A stretch of DNA of 33,493 nucleotides from Cellvibrio sp. (GCA_021323495.1 JAJQJO010000006.1:1-33493), one strand, 5' to 3'; numbered from the stretch's first letter, positions 9,559-18,567 are shown. Notes: generated by a model not told the origin, from the sequence alone. Program-made: numbers and translations.

Positions 9559-10304
9559 ACTTCAGCTTCCCGGCATTGTTGCAAATAGGTTTGTTCAAGA
9601 TCGATTTCATTTATTAATTCACTGCCGATCGAGCGCACGATTTTTCCGCTGTTATAAATCGAGATGCGGTGTGCGTCTTCCTGGGCGCGGAACAGGTCAT
9701 GGGTGGCCATCAGGATCGCGCTGCCCTGGGCTGCTAATTCCTTGATCAGTTGGCTGAATTCGTAGCTGGCGGAAGGATCAAGCCCCGATGTGGGTTCATC
9801 GAGGATCAACGCTTTGGCATTTTTTGCGAGCGCCACGGCGATACCAACTTTTTGCCGCATCCCCTTTGAATAGGTGTTGACGCGGCGATGGATAGCACCC
9901 GGTTGCAACTGGACGCGCTCGAGGATTCCGGTGAGCTCACCTGCGCTGCGGACATGGCCCGCTAGCCTGGACAAGTAATCCAGGTTTTCATAACCCGTCA
10001 GCTGCGGATAGAGCGCCACCTGCTCGGGAATATAGGCGAGTTGCGCGCGGGCATCCGGCTTGTGCGTAACCGTATCGAACCCGGCTACCTCAATCCGCCC
10101 CGCGTCCGGATGCAAAAAACCGAGCACACAATTCAGGGTCGTGGATTTACCGGCACCATTCGGCCCCAGCAATGCATGTATCTCGCCTGCATTAACCGTG
10201 AGATCTATCTGGTCCACAGCAGTCACTGCCCCGAATCGTTTACTGACTCGAGTGACCGAGATAACCGGTCGATCCAGGTTTTTCATGGTGCCCAAGCTAT
10301 TCAT
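9552..10304 (-). CDS. ABC transporter ATP-binding protein
   Basis: Walker A GPNGAGKST, signature YSKGMRQK, Walker B LILDEPTSGLD, H-loop ATHD. AAGGA RBS. Confidence 0.95.
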   Translation of the reverse strand: MNSLGTMKNLDRPVISVTRVSKRFGAVTAVDQIDLTVNAGEIHALLGPNGAGKSTTLNCVLGFLHPDAGRIEVAGFDTVTHKPDARAQLAYIPEQVALYPQLTGYENLDYLSRLAGHVRSAGELTGILERVQLQPGAIHRRVNTYSKGMRQKVGIAVALAKNAKALILDEPTSGLDPSASYEFSQLIKELAAQGSAILMATHDLFRAQEDAHRISIYNSGKIVRSIGSELINEIDLEQTYLQQCREAEVC

Positions 10305-10367
10305 AGGGAAATCCTTGTTGAAGCTTTATCAAAACGAATGAATTAACAGCTGAAACGTTTTACTTGG

Positions 10368-10390
10368 AAGACGTTATAACATATCATTTT
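10368..10390. promoter_or_regulatory. Putative Zur (zinc uptake regulator) box in the divergent promoter
   Basis: AAGACGTTATAACATATCATTTT matches 16 of 22 positions of the proteobacterial Zur consensus GAAATGTTATA-N-TATAACATTTC (core GTTATAACATAtC). Confidence 0.7.
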
Positions 10391-10402
10391 GTCCTTACAA
10401 GT

Positions 10403-10421
10403 GATATTCGGTCTCATTTGC
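10403..10421. promoter_or_regulatory. Possible Fur box
   Basis: Minus strand GCAAATGAGACCGAATATC matches 12 of 19 positions of GATAATGATAATCATTATC. Confidence 0.35.
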
Positions 10422-10506
10422 AATCTGAAGTGACATTATTTGACGTTGCCCGGATTGGTTCACCGCGCTTGAAAAATTAACCAATCGGAAGGGATAGATA
10501 AAAAGC

Positions 10507-12699
10507 ATGCAACAAATTTATTCAAAGCCCCCGGCAAAAAACGCGGCCATAACGTTTTTACCAGTTTCGTTTTTACCAGTTTCGTTTTTAATCGGGGCGA
10601 TTTTTGTTACGGCCGGGTCAGCCATGGCTGCTGAAAAAAATCAAAACGACCAGGTGATTGAAACACTGCTGGTAATCGGCCAACCCCTGAATAAATCATT
10701 TGAAGCCAATGCCGGCGCATTTGGAGCAAAGGACCTTCTGGAAATACCGATCGTTATCCAAAGTATTAGCGCTGACACTATTGCCAACACCTCCGCGCGC
10801 ACGGCAATCGATGTACTCTCTTTTGATTCTTCGATTTTAAGCGCGTCCTATGGCGGCAGTTTTGATAACTACCGCTTGCGCGGATTTCCGATGGATAACT
10901 TTAATACGGTCCGCAGGGATGGATTAAGCCTCGCACCGCACCATGATTTTGGCTTGGAAAATATTGAACGTATTGATGTGCTTAAAGGCCCCTCAGGATT
11001 TTTATACGGTTTCAATTCACCCGGCGGCACAATCAATTATCTAGTCAAGCGCCCCACCAACGATCCATTTCTCAACCTTAGCCTGCAAGGCACTTCATTG
11101 GAGGGACGTTATGCCGCTGCAGATGCAAGCGCGTCCCTCGCTGATGAAAAATTTGGTTATCGCGTAAATCTGGCTTATGAAAAAAACGGGGATTTTAACC
11201 ATGCACGGGATATGGAACGAAACCTTGCCAGTATCGCAACCGATTTCCGCTTAAGTGAGCGCGCATTGCTGCAGGTCAATGCCGATTGGTCATCCAAATC
11301 GGCCACCGCAGACCCATTGCTGCGCGCCGACCAATCTGCGCGCACCGATCCATTAAATCCTGACTCCTACATCCTTCCGCCAACAATTGATCGACGCGAT
11401 TTATTGACCGGCTCCTGGTATCGCCATGACACCAGGGGCGCAAACATTGAAATGAAATTGGAACTGACATTGGATGACGGTTGGATGTGGATAAGCCAGG
11501 GAAATTATTCCCGGGTAACACGCCATGGCGGCTACACAGATTTATTTTATATCCAGCCCAATGGCGACATTGGATATGCTGACCTGTATAACTCACGCGG
11601 TGAAATTTTTAGCGTAGCCTCATTGCAAACTTATCTTGCCGGCACGTTTTCGACAGGTAGTTTGCACCACGATGTGTTTGTCGGTGCATCCACCAAGGAA
11701 TTTGAAGATGAAAGTCCGTTCTGGGATTTTGTGGAGAGCGCAGGAGACATTGGCATCGAACGTATTTCGGTGGTCAATGTGCTTAACCCTGTCCAGCCAC
11801 CACGCTGGGATTTCGGTCCAAAGCAACCGATAGAATATCGCGCAACTATAAAAGAGCACTCCATTTTTGCGAGCGATTTGTTATCCATTACTGATGAAAT
11901 TCAATTATTACTCGGTGGGCGGTTTATCGCGTATCGGGCCAAAGAATTATCCGCAGTCGCCCTGCCACAAGAAAAAGATGTGTTCGTACCGACCGGCGCA
12001 TTTATGTTTCATCCAACTGACAAGACTATGGCTTATGTAAGTTATTCGCGTGGATTTGAAAAAGGAGACTACGCTCCGTTTTATGCCAACAATGCCAATC
12101 AACCCACTGATACGATTGAATCGGAGCAATATGAAACGGGTTTTAAAATCAAAATAAGTAATGACGTAAGCGCGGGAATAGCCATTTTTGATATTCGCCG
12201 CAACGCCAGTTACGTCAATTTAAACAATGATTTTGTTAGCGACGGCGAATATAACCATCGCGGGATTGAAGTGAACCTGACCGGGGAAATTGCGCAAGGA
12301 TTTTCATTGGCTGCCAACGCGGCTTATCTATCAACCGAGCTCAATGATGTGGTTGATCCATCGACCCTGGGTAAACGCAGTGAGGGAGTTCCCGCATGGA
12401 ACGCGGGAATCAGGGCCGGCTATACGCTGACATCCCTGCCCGGCTTATCCATTGATGGAACCATCAGTTATGTTGGCAGCCGTCCCATTGATGCACAAAA
12501 TAGCGGTTTTATTCCCGGCTATACCTTGTTTAACGCAGGCATTAGTTACCAATGGAAATGGGACGACACGCCAGTCAAACTTCGCCTGTACGGAAATAAC
12601 CTTACCGACAAATATTATTACGCGAGCACTTTTTACCAGGGCGGCCTGGAGGTAGGTAAAACACGCGAGCTATTCCTGTCGGCCCATATTGAATTTTAA
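10507..12699 (+). CDS. TonB-dependent outer-membrane (metallophore) receptor
   Basis: Signal peptide ending SAMA, TonB-box-like ETLLVIG, plug motifs YRLRGF and ENIERIDVLKGPSGFLYG..PGGTIN, NLTDKYY, and C-terminal Phe (SAHIEF). Confidence 0.95.
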   Translation: MQQIYSKPPAKNAAITFLPVSFLPVSFLIGAIFVTAGSAMAAEKNQNDQVIETLLVIGQPLNKSFEANAGAFGAKDLLEIPIVIQSISADTIANTSARTAIDVLSFDSSILSASYGGSFDNYRLRGFPMDNFNTVRRDGLSLAPHHDFGLENIERIDVLKGPSGFLYGFNSPGGTINYLVKRPTNDPFLNLSLQGTSLEGRYAAADASASLADEKFGYRVNLAYEKNGDFNHARDMERNLASIATDFRLSERALLQVNADWSSKSATADPLLRADQSARTDPLNPDSYILPPTIDRRDLLTGSWYRHDTRGANIEMKLELTLDDGWMWISQGNYSRVTRHGGYTDLFYIQPNGDIGYADLYNSRGEIFSVASLQTYLAGTFSTGSLHHDVFVGASTKEFEDESPFWDFVESAGDIGIERISVVNVLNPVQPPRWDFGPKQPIEYRATIKEHSIFASDLLSITDEIQLLLGGRFIAYRAKELSAVALPQEKDVFVPTGAFMFHPTDKTMAYVSYSRGFEKGDYAPFYANNANQPTDTIESEQYETGFKIKISNDVSAGIAIFDIRRNASYVNLNNDFVSDGEYNHRGIEVNLTGEIAQGFSLAANAAYLSTELNDVVDPSTLGKRSEGVPAWNAGIRAGYTLTSLPGLSIDGTISYVGSRPIDAQNSGFIPGYTLFNAGISYQWKWDDTPVKLRLYGNNLTDKYYYASTFYQGGLEVGKTRELFLSAHIEF
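10553..10590 (+). repeat. 15-bp in-frame duplication, about 2.5 copies, in the receptor signal peptide (FLPVS-FLPVS-FL)
   Basis: cgtttttaccagttt twice, followed by cgttttta. Confidence 0.85.
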
Positions 12700-12728
12700 A
12701 TCGATGCAGTATGGAATTTAATGCACGC

Positions 12729-13523
12729 TTAATCCGGATTTGGAAGTTCAAGATAAATGCGCTCGATTAATTCCTTACCGTGTTTCCTTTCCAGTTTCCG
12801 TACGATGAAATGGCCCCTGGCCATATCCTGGAAATGGTCGATAAAGATGGTATTAATAATTGCTCCGCCGGCAGCGCCGATGGCGGGTATTGCCTGGGCT
12901 GCGGCTTTTTCAGTTACCTGGATTCCAAATCGCTGCGCAATAGTGGCAATGAATTTAATTAACAGTGGAGCGCCGTCGCTCGCCAGGGTATTGCTCGCAA
13001 TAAATTCTGACGCCGCCGCTATCGATTTTGCCAATGTTGCCCTGACCGCGTAATAGCCGCTGTCGGTACCATCGTCCGAGTTGCTATTGCCACCAAGGGC
13101 AAACACTTCCAGGCAAGCCAACTTGGTTTCCAACGCCGAGATGGATTCACCTTCACTCCTGGCGATATCGGCAATTGAGCGGAGCATGATTGAAGTCGAT
13201 ATAGGCAATTCAATTGATATCGCCGCGATGCCGAAAAAACCTCCGACCCCGCCGCTGACCGCCACACCCAGTTTGTGCCAAATATTGGACGATGCTTCGC
13301 CCGGAATATCCTTCATAGTGAAAACCGCAGCCTCCGAGGCTTTCAGTAGCGCCGCCTGGGTAATTTCACCAATATTTTTACTCCAGCTATCGGGCAATAA
13401 CGCGAGCCCCCGCTCTATCGGCGTGCCGATAAAATTGGTTACCTTTGCAGCGACACCAGGGTTTTCCAACAACCTTTTTGCAACTTGAAGTTCTTGCCTA
13501 TCCTGCTCCGGAAAATGATGCAT
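12729..13523 (-). CDS. EcsC family protein (264 aa)
   Basis: LLENPG..AK, GGVGGFFG, ELPIST.IMLRSIADIARSEGE, CLEVFALGG, GAAGGAIIN..F.DHFQDMARGHF. Start moved to ATG 13523 (MHHFPEQ), which follows an AGGGGG RBS. Confidence 0.8.
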   Translation of the reverse strand: MHHFPEQDRQELQVAKRLLENPGVAAKVTNFIGTPIERGLALLPDSWSKNIGEITQAALLKASEAAVFTMKDIPGEASSNIWHKLGVAVSGGVGGFFGIAAISIELPISTSIMLRSIADIARSEGESISALETKLACLEVFALGGNSNSDDGTDSGYYAVRATLAKSIAAASEFIASNTLASDGAPLLIKFIATIAQRFGIQVTEKAAAQAIPAIGAAGGAIINTIFIDHFQDMARGHFIVRKLERKHGKELIERIYLELPNPD

Positions 13524-13675
13524 ATAAATTTCCCCCTGAACTGTAACCATGCTGACATAGTGCTGTTTGATACGATTGCTGTTGAAATAGTGCCCGGCTG
13601 AGAGCACCCATTCTTTGACCACATAAACCAATTATAGTATCGCCGCCCTGGTCCCTATGAACCCACGGGCGATAC

Positions 13676-13693
13676 ATGACAGGTTTATGACAG
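13676..13693 (-). promoter_or_regulatory. Pho box-like direct repeat (PhoB/OmpR-family site)
   Basis: Minus strand CTGTCAT-AAAC-CTGTCAT with 11-bp period. It points toward the EcsC-family gene, and a TATAAT lies downstream at 13631-13636 (minus). Confidence 0.65.
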
Positions 13694-14381
13694 TCCGCTG
13701 ACGCCTTAATCATCAACAAAAAATATTTAAAAGTTATTTAAACTATTTTTTTTATTGTTTTCCATCAAGAAAAGAAAATCAAAATAATTAAGAATTAAAA
13801 AATCCTTCAATTAATTTATAAAAATTTTTGTTCCGGATTTTCATCAAACTGTTTTCTGTCTGTTATTACGCACGTCGTGTAAATTTTTGTCAAAATTTAT
13901 CCTGTTTTGAAATCGTCTACTAGGCTTTCATAAGTTTCTGCATAACACCACGTCAGGCAATGAGAATAAAAAATCTACCGTGACGACACAAACAGTTTGC
14001 GTAACTGTTTGGACATTGTTTCAGCAGAACTGTAATAAAATACCGGCATGCTCACGCCGAGCCCCTCTAATTACATCGCTCCTGAAATATTGTTTCGGGA
14101 GGTGATACCACTTTTCGCCACGCATCAAGATCGACCCGATCGGGTGCGCGTTCACTATGGTTACTACTTTCACTACCTTCTCTACGCTCACTACTGTAGT
14201 CCCTGCATACATTATTTTTAACAATGGAAATTTGTGGAAGGCGAATCAGCACCCTGGACGTGACTGATCGCTCGCTACGAAAACGCAGGCAGCCGGATAA
14301 ACGTCCGGCTGTAATCTCAATATTGCCTGTGCTGCGGAGGTTGTCTGGCAAATAATTGTCAATGAATGAAGGAGTAGTTTC

Positions 14382-16049
14382 ATGAAGTTATACCTACGAT
14401 TAATACTCGCACTGCTTGGATCGATGCTCGCACTCAACGCCGCACAGGCGCAAACGGCCAAACCCAACATTGTCGTAATCTTTGGCGATGATATCGGGAT
14501 CGCTAACGTCAGCGCCTACAGTGGCGGACTCATGGGCTATGAAACACCTAATATTGACCGGCTAGCCAATGAGGGCCTCCGCTTCCTTCACTATTATGGA
14601 GAGCAGTCATGCACTGCCGGACGCTCCGCATTCCTCACCGGGCAACATACCATCCGCACCGGACTGAGTAAGGTTGGTTTTCCGGGTGCGCCTATGGGCA
14701 TGAGCCAGGAGGACCCCTCCATCGGCGGCCTGCTGCGCAGCCTTGGTTATGCCACCGGGCAATTCGGTAAAAATCACGTTGGCGACCGCAACCCGTCACT
14801 GCCGACCGTAAACGGTTTTGATGAGTTCTTTGGCAATCTCTACCACCTCAACGCCGAGGAAGAACCAGAGCTGCCTGATTATCCGAAAGATCCTGCATAC
14901 GCAGCCAAATTCGGTCCGCGCGGTGTGCTTAAAACCAAGGCCACCGGTAAAGACGATTCAACTAACGATGCCCGTTTCGGCATAGTCGGTAAGCAAACCA
15001 TTGAAGATAGCGGCCCACTCACCAAGAAACGTATGGAGACCATTGATGACGAAACTTCAGCGGCGGCAATCGACTTTATCAAGCGGCAGAAGGCTGATGG
15101 GAAACCTTTTTTTGTCTGGTATAACGCAACGCGCATGCATTTGCGCACCCACGTACGCGACAGCCACCGTGGGCAGTACAAATATGGCGACAGCGAATAT
15201 CTTGATGGCATGATCGAACATGACGCCACCATTGGCTCGATCCTGAAAGCATTGGATGATGAGGGAGTCGCAAACAACACTATCGTCGTCTACACCAGTG
15301 ACAATGGGCCACACATGAATACCTGGCCAGATGGTGCGATGACACCGTTCCGGTCCGAGAAAAATACCAACTGGGAGGGCGCCTTCCGGGTTCCCGCACT
15401 CGTGCGTTGGCCCGGCCATATCAAAGCGGGCACAGTGACAAACGAACTGATGAGCCACAACGATTGGGTTCCGACCCTGATGGCATTGGCGGGTGAGCCA
15501 GACATTATTGGAAAACTCAAAAAAGGCTACACGACCTCGGGTATCCAGGGGCGCAACTACAAAGTGCATCTGGATGGTTTTGATCAATCGAAATTCCTGA
15601 CCAGCGTGAGTGGCACACCAGGTAAAAACAACGGTGTTAAAAGTGCGCGCAACGAATTCTTTTATGCAGATGATGACGGCCTGTTAGTGGCGTTGCGCCA
15701 AGGTCCCTATAAGTATGTATTTTCCGAACAGCGTAAGGAGGGCACTATGGGGGTATGGGCCGAACCTTTCACCACCCTGCGCCTGCAAAAAATCTTTAAC
15801 CTGATGCAAGACCCTTATGAACGCGCCGATATCACGTCCAACACCTACTGGGATTGGAACCTCAACCATGTGGGCTCGGCCTACGGCATGATGGATGATG
15901 TATTCAAGTTTGTAGCAACGTTTGATGAGTACCCGCCACGCTCCTTCCCTCCTTCTTTCAACCCTGCAAATCTTTTGGAAGCGAAAATGCGTGAAATAAA
16001 AGCGCGCAAAAAACTTGAAGATGCATTCCCCATGCTGAACAAGAAATAG
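14382..16049 (+). CDS. Exported arylsulfatase (Cys-type, formylglycine-dependent sulfatase family)
   Basis: Signal peptide (AQA), KPNIVVIFGDDIG, TPNIDRLA, SCTAGRSAFLTG (CxAxR), FGKNHVG, SDNG. AAGGAG RBS. Confidence 0.93.
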   Translation: MKLYLRLILALLGSMLALNAAQAQTAKPNIVVIFGDDIGIANVSAYSGGLMGYETPNIDRLANEGLRFLHYYGEQSCTAGRSAFLTGQHTIRTGLSKVGFPGAPMGMSQEDPSIGGLLRSLGYATGQFGKNHVGDRNPSLPTVNGFDEFFGNLYHLNAEEEPELPDYPKDPAYAAKFGPRGVLKTKATGKDDSTNDARFGIVGKQTIEDSGPLTKKRMETIDDETSAAAIDFIKRQKADGKPFFVWYNATRMHLRTHVRDSHRGQYKYGDSEYLDGMIEHDATIGSILKALDDEGVANNTIVVYTSDNGPHMNTWPDGAMTPFRSEKNTNWEGAFRVPALVRWPGHIKAGTVTNELMSHNDWVPTLMALAGEPDIIGKLKKGYTTSGIQGRNYKVHLDGFDQSKFLTSVSGTPGKNNGVKSARNEFFYADDDGLLVALRQGPYKYVFSEQRKEGTMGVWAEPFTTLRLQKIFNLMQDPYERADITSNTYWDWNLNHVGSAYGMMDDVFKFVATFDEYPPRSFPPSFNPANLLEAKMREIKARKKLEDAFPMLNKK

Positions 16050-16060
16050 CAAAAGAGTCA

Positions 16061-16099
16061 CCTGCCAGGGTTTGGATGCAAGACCATTCCCGGGGCAGG
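16061..16099. terminator. Possible hairpin between the convergent sulfatase and chrA genes
   Basis: cctgcc...ggcagg outer stem with imperfect inner pairing; no clear U tract. Confidence 0.3.
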
Positions 16100-16146
16100 C
16101 TCTTCAACGGATTTATAAATTGGATCAACTGATAAACCAAAATTTA

Positions 16147-17517
16147 TCAGTTGATCCCTGCCAGTGAAACCACCAGCCCCAACAGCGCACTACCGGCAAT
16201 CACTTTGATAACGCCCACCTTGTAGCGAAACAAGGCGATGCCAGCACCCAATGCAATCAATGCAGAGGGCCATTCAAATGTTCCAGCAAAACCTTCTGGC
16301 CACAACACGTGATAACCAAAGAATACGGCGAGATTTAAAATGACACCTACCACGGCGGCAGTAATTGCCGAAAGCGGTGCGGTAAATTTCAAATCGTTGT
16401 GGGTGGTTTCAATAAACGGTGCACCTGCGAAAATAAAAATAAAGGATGGCAAAAAGGTAAACCAGGTAACGATGGTTGCAGCAACCGCGCCCGCGACAAA
16501 AACCATATCGGGACCAAACACCGCTTTAACATAACCACCCACAAATCCCACAAACGCCACCACCATGATAAGCGGGCCCGGTGTAGTTTCGCCAAGGGCA
16601 AGGCCGTCGATCATTTGGGTGGGCGTTAACCAACCGTAGTGACCTACCGAGCCCTGGTATACATAAGGCAATACTGCGTAAGCACCACCAAAGGTAAGCA
16701 ATGCCGCTTTGGTAAAGAACCAGGCCATTTGCGTGAGGGTGTGGTCCCAACCGAAATAGCTCCACAGGGCTGCGAGCGGAATTGCCCATAATAAAATTCC
16801 GCACAGCAGAATCAGGCTAAAACGTGACCATTTGAATAGTGCGTGCGCCGGTGTCGGGGTGTGGTCATCAATTAATGCTGCACCAAATGATTTGTTGGTT
16901 TTGCCATGGCCACCGCCACTTTTAAAATATTCCGGTGCGAAACGCCCGCCCAAATAACCAATCAATGCTGCTGCAACAACAATGTAAGGAAAGGGAATGT
17001 TCAATGCAAAAATCGCCACAAAAGCAGCAGCGGCTATCGCCCACATCACATTATTTTTTAACGCGCGCGAACCAATACGGTGTGCCGCCTGGACCACGAT
17101 GGCCGTCACCGCCGGTTTGATTCCGTAAAATAAACCCGCTACCCAACTTACATCGCCGTAAGCGATATAAATCCAGGAAAGCGCGATTAAAATAAAAAGC
17201 GAAGGCAACACAAACAATACACCAGCGACAACACCGCCCCAGGTGCGATGCATCAACCAGCCGATATAGGTTGCTAATTGCTGCGCTTCCGGGCCGGGTA
17301 ATACCATGCAGTAATTCAATGCATGCAGGAACCGGGTCTCGCTGATCCAGCGGCGGCGCTCGACCAATTCCTGATGCATTATCGAGATCTGGCCGGCGGG
17401 CCCGCCAAAACTGATAAAACCTAATTTGAGCCAGAAACGGAACGCTTCCCAAAAATTTACCGGTGCCGGTGTTTCCAGTTTTTGCTCCGGCGTTAATTCA
17501 GATGTAGTGGTATTCAT
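16147..17517 (-). CDS. chrA: Chromate efflux transporter ChrA (long-chain, two-domain)
   Basis: LGFISFGGPAGQI, LPGPEAQQ, TFGGAYAVL, GETTPGP. Overlaps the chrB stop (ATGA). Confidence 0.96.
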   Translation of the reverse strand: MNTTTSELTPEQKLETPAPVNFWEAFRFWLKLGFISFGGPAGQISIMHQELVERRRWISETRFLHALNYCMVLPGPEAQQLATYIGWLMHRTWGGVVAGVLFVLPSLFILIALSWIYIAYGDVSWVAGLFYGIKPAVTAIVVQAAHRIGSRALKNNVMWAIAAAAFVAIFALNIPFPYIVVAAALIGYLGGRFAPEYFKSGGGHGKTNKSFGAALIDDHTPTPAHALFKWSRFSLILLCGILLWAIPLAALWSYFGWDHTLTQMAWFFTKAALLTFGGAYAVLPYVYQGSVGHYGWLTPTQMIDGLALGETTPGPLIMVVAFVGFVGGYVKAVFGPDMVFVAGAVAATIVTWFTFLPSFIFIFAGAPFIETTHNDLKFTAPLSAITAAVVGVILNLAVFFGYHVLWPEGFAGTFEWPSALIALGAGIALFRYKVGVIKVIAGSALLGLVVSLAGIN

Positions 17518-18449
17518 GCTTTTTCCTTATGGGTAAACGCAGCGAGCAATGCATCAAAAACACTCCCGGCCGCGGCAATTAATTGATCGTCTTCAGTGAT
17601 GCTGTTACGCAAGCCCCACAGGATTTGCTCCAACCCACTGGCCTCCATCGGTTGCACACCGCCAACATCCAGGTAATGGACCAGTGTGCCCATGCGCGTC
17701 AATTCCGGTTGGTTCAAACCGAAGCTGGCGAGCAGCACTTCAAACGAAACGCGATCGCCAACATGGGTGAAATCCGCATCGTCGAAATCAAATCCCAACG
17801 CATCGGGTGGACATTGGTCCGGTGCATCCAGCCACAAAAAACGTGCGTTGGGATCAATAAATTTTTTAATTAGCCAGGCGCTCGCAAGGCGATCTACCCA
17901 AGGGCGTTTACGCGTTGCCCAGGTGCGGTTTTGATATTGCAGAAGATCGCGCCGGGCAATATCGCCATCAATCGATTTGGGCTCATCGGGAGAAAGGAGG
18001 CGATTAATGTGGACCTCAAGCGCTTGCAAAGCCTGTCGGATTTCAGCTTGTGAAGCGCCGGGGAAAAAATCAATGGCGGTGATCGCGGTAAAATTTTTGC
18101 GCAATTTACGCAGCTGTTTGAACGCCTCCTGCAAACTATTACCGGTGAGTTGGGCCGATAGCTGCTGCAACTCATTTTGTAGCGCCAGATAATCTTCGCG
18201 CCGGTCAAACAGCTGGCTCAAGTCACCCGCTTCAACGGTATCCGTCGCGAAGATATAGGCGGAACCCCCATTGGCAACAACGTCACGGCTGGCCTCATCG
18301 AACACCGCCTGGCTGGTTGGATTTGCCGGAATCAGGTAAACCCCATCGCGTAAAACCGCTGCACCGGAACCTTTCAATCCCCGCCATACCCGCATACGGG
18401 CAGTGGTATTGCTGGTTGGCAAGGTCAAAACAAGTAAAAGCCAGTTCAT
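17514..18449 (-). CDS. chrB: Chromate resistance regulator ChrB
   Basis: RMRVWRGLK..GA..LRDGVY, IDFFPG, WATRKRPWVDRLASAWLIKKFID, FTHVGDRVSFE. Directly upstream of chrA. Confidence 0.93.
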   Translation of the reverse strand: MNWLLLVLTLPTSNTTARMRVWRGLKGSGAAVLRDGVYLIPANPTSQAVFDEASRDVVANGGSAYIFATDTVEAGDLSQLFDRREDYLALQNELQQLSAQLTGNSLQEAFKQLRKLRKNFTAITAIDFFPGASQAEIRQALQALEVHINRLLSPDEPKSIDGDIARRDLLQYQNRTWATRKRPWVDRLASAWLIKKFIDPNARFLWLDAPDQCPPDALGFDFDDADFTHVGDRVSFEVLLASFGLNQPELTRMGTLVHYLDVGGVQPMEASGLEQILWGLRNSITEDDQLIAAAGSVFDALLAAFTHKEKA

Positions 18450-18452
18450 ATT

Positions 18453-18490
18453 TGTAGATTACGCTATGAATATTAGTTGCGTATTCTACA
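18453..18490. promoter_or_regulatory. Inverted repeat immediately upstream of chrB; candidate ChrB operator
   Basis: TGTAGATTACGC-N14-GCGTATTCTACA (11 of 12 positions symmetric), 3 bp from the chrB ATG. GTAGA...TCTAC ends resemble the ChrB operator as I recall it from Ochrobactrum. Confidence 0.6.
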
Positions 18491-18544
18491 TATAAATAAC
18501 AATTAGCCTAGTCCCTGATTGGAGCTTTACAGCTCACCAACCAG

Positions 18545-18567
18545 AAAACCGATTGATAATCGGTTTT
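18545..18567. promoter_or_regulatory. Palindrome copy 1, upstream of the BlaI-like gene; candidate operator
   Basis: AAAACCGAT-TGATA-ATCGGTTTT. Confidence 0.6.

Noticed and set aside
13524-13631. ORF-track N-terminal extension of the EcsC-family protein
   Set aside because: TTG start without an RBS. ATG 13523 follows AGGGGG.
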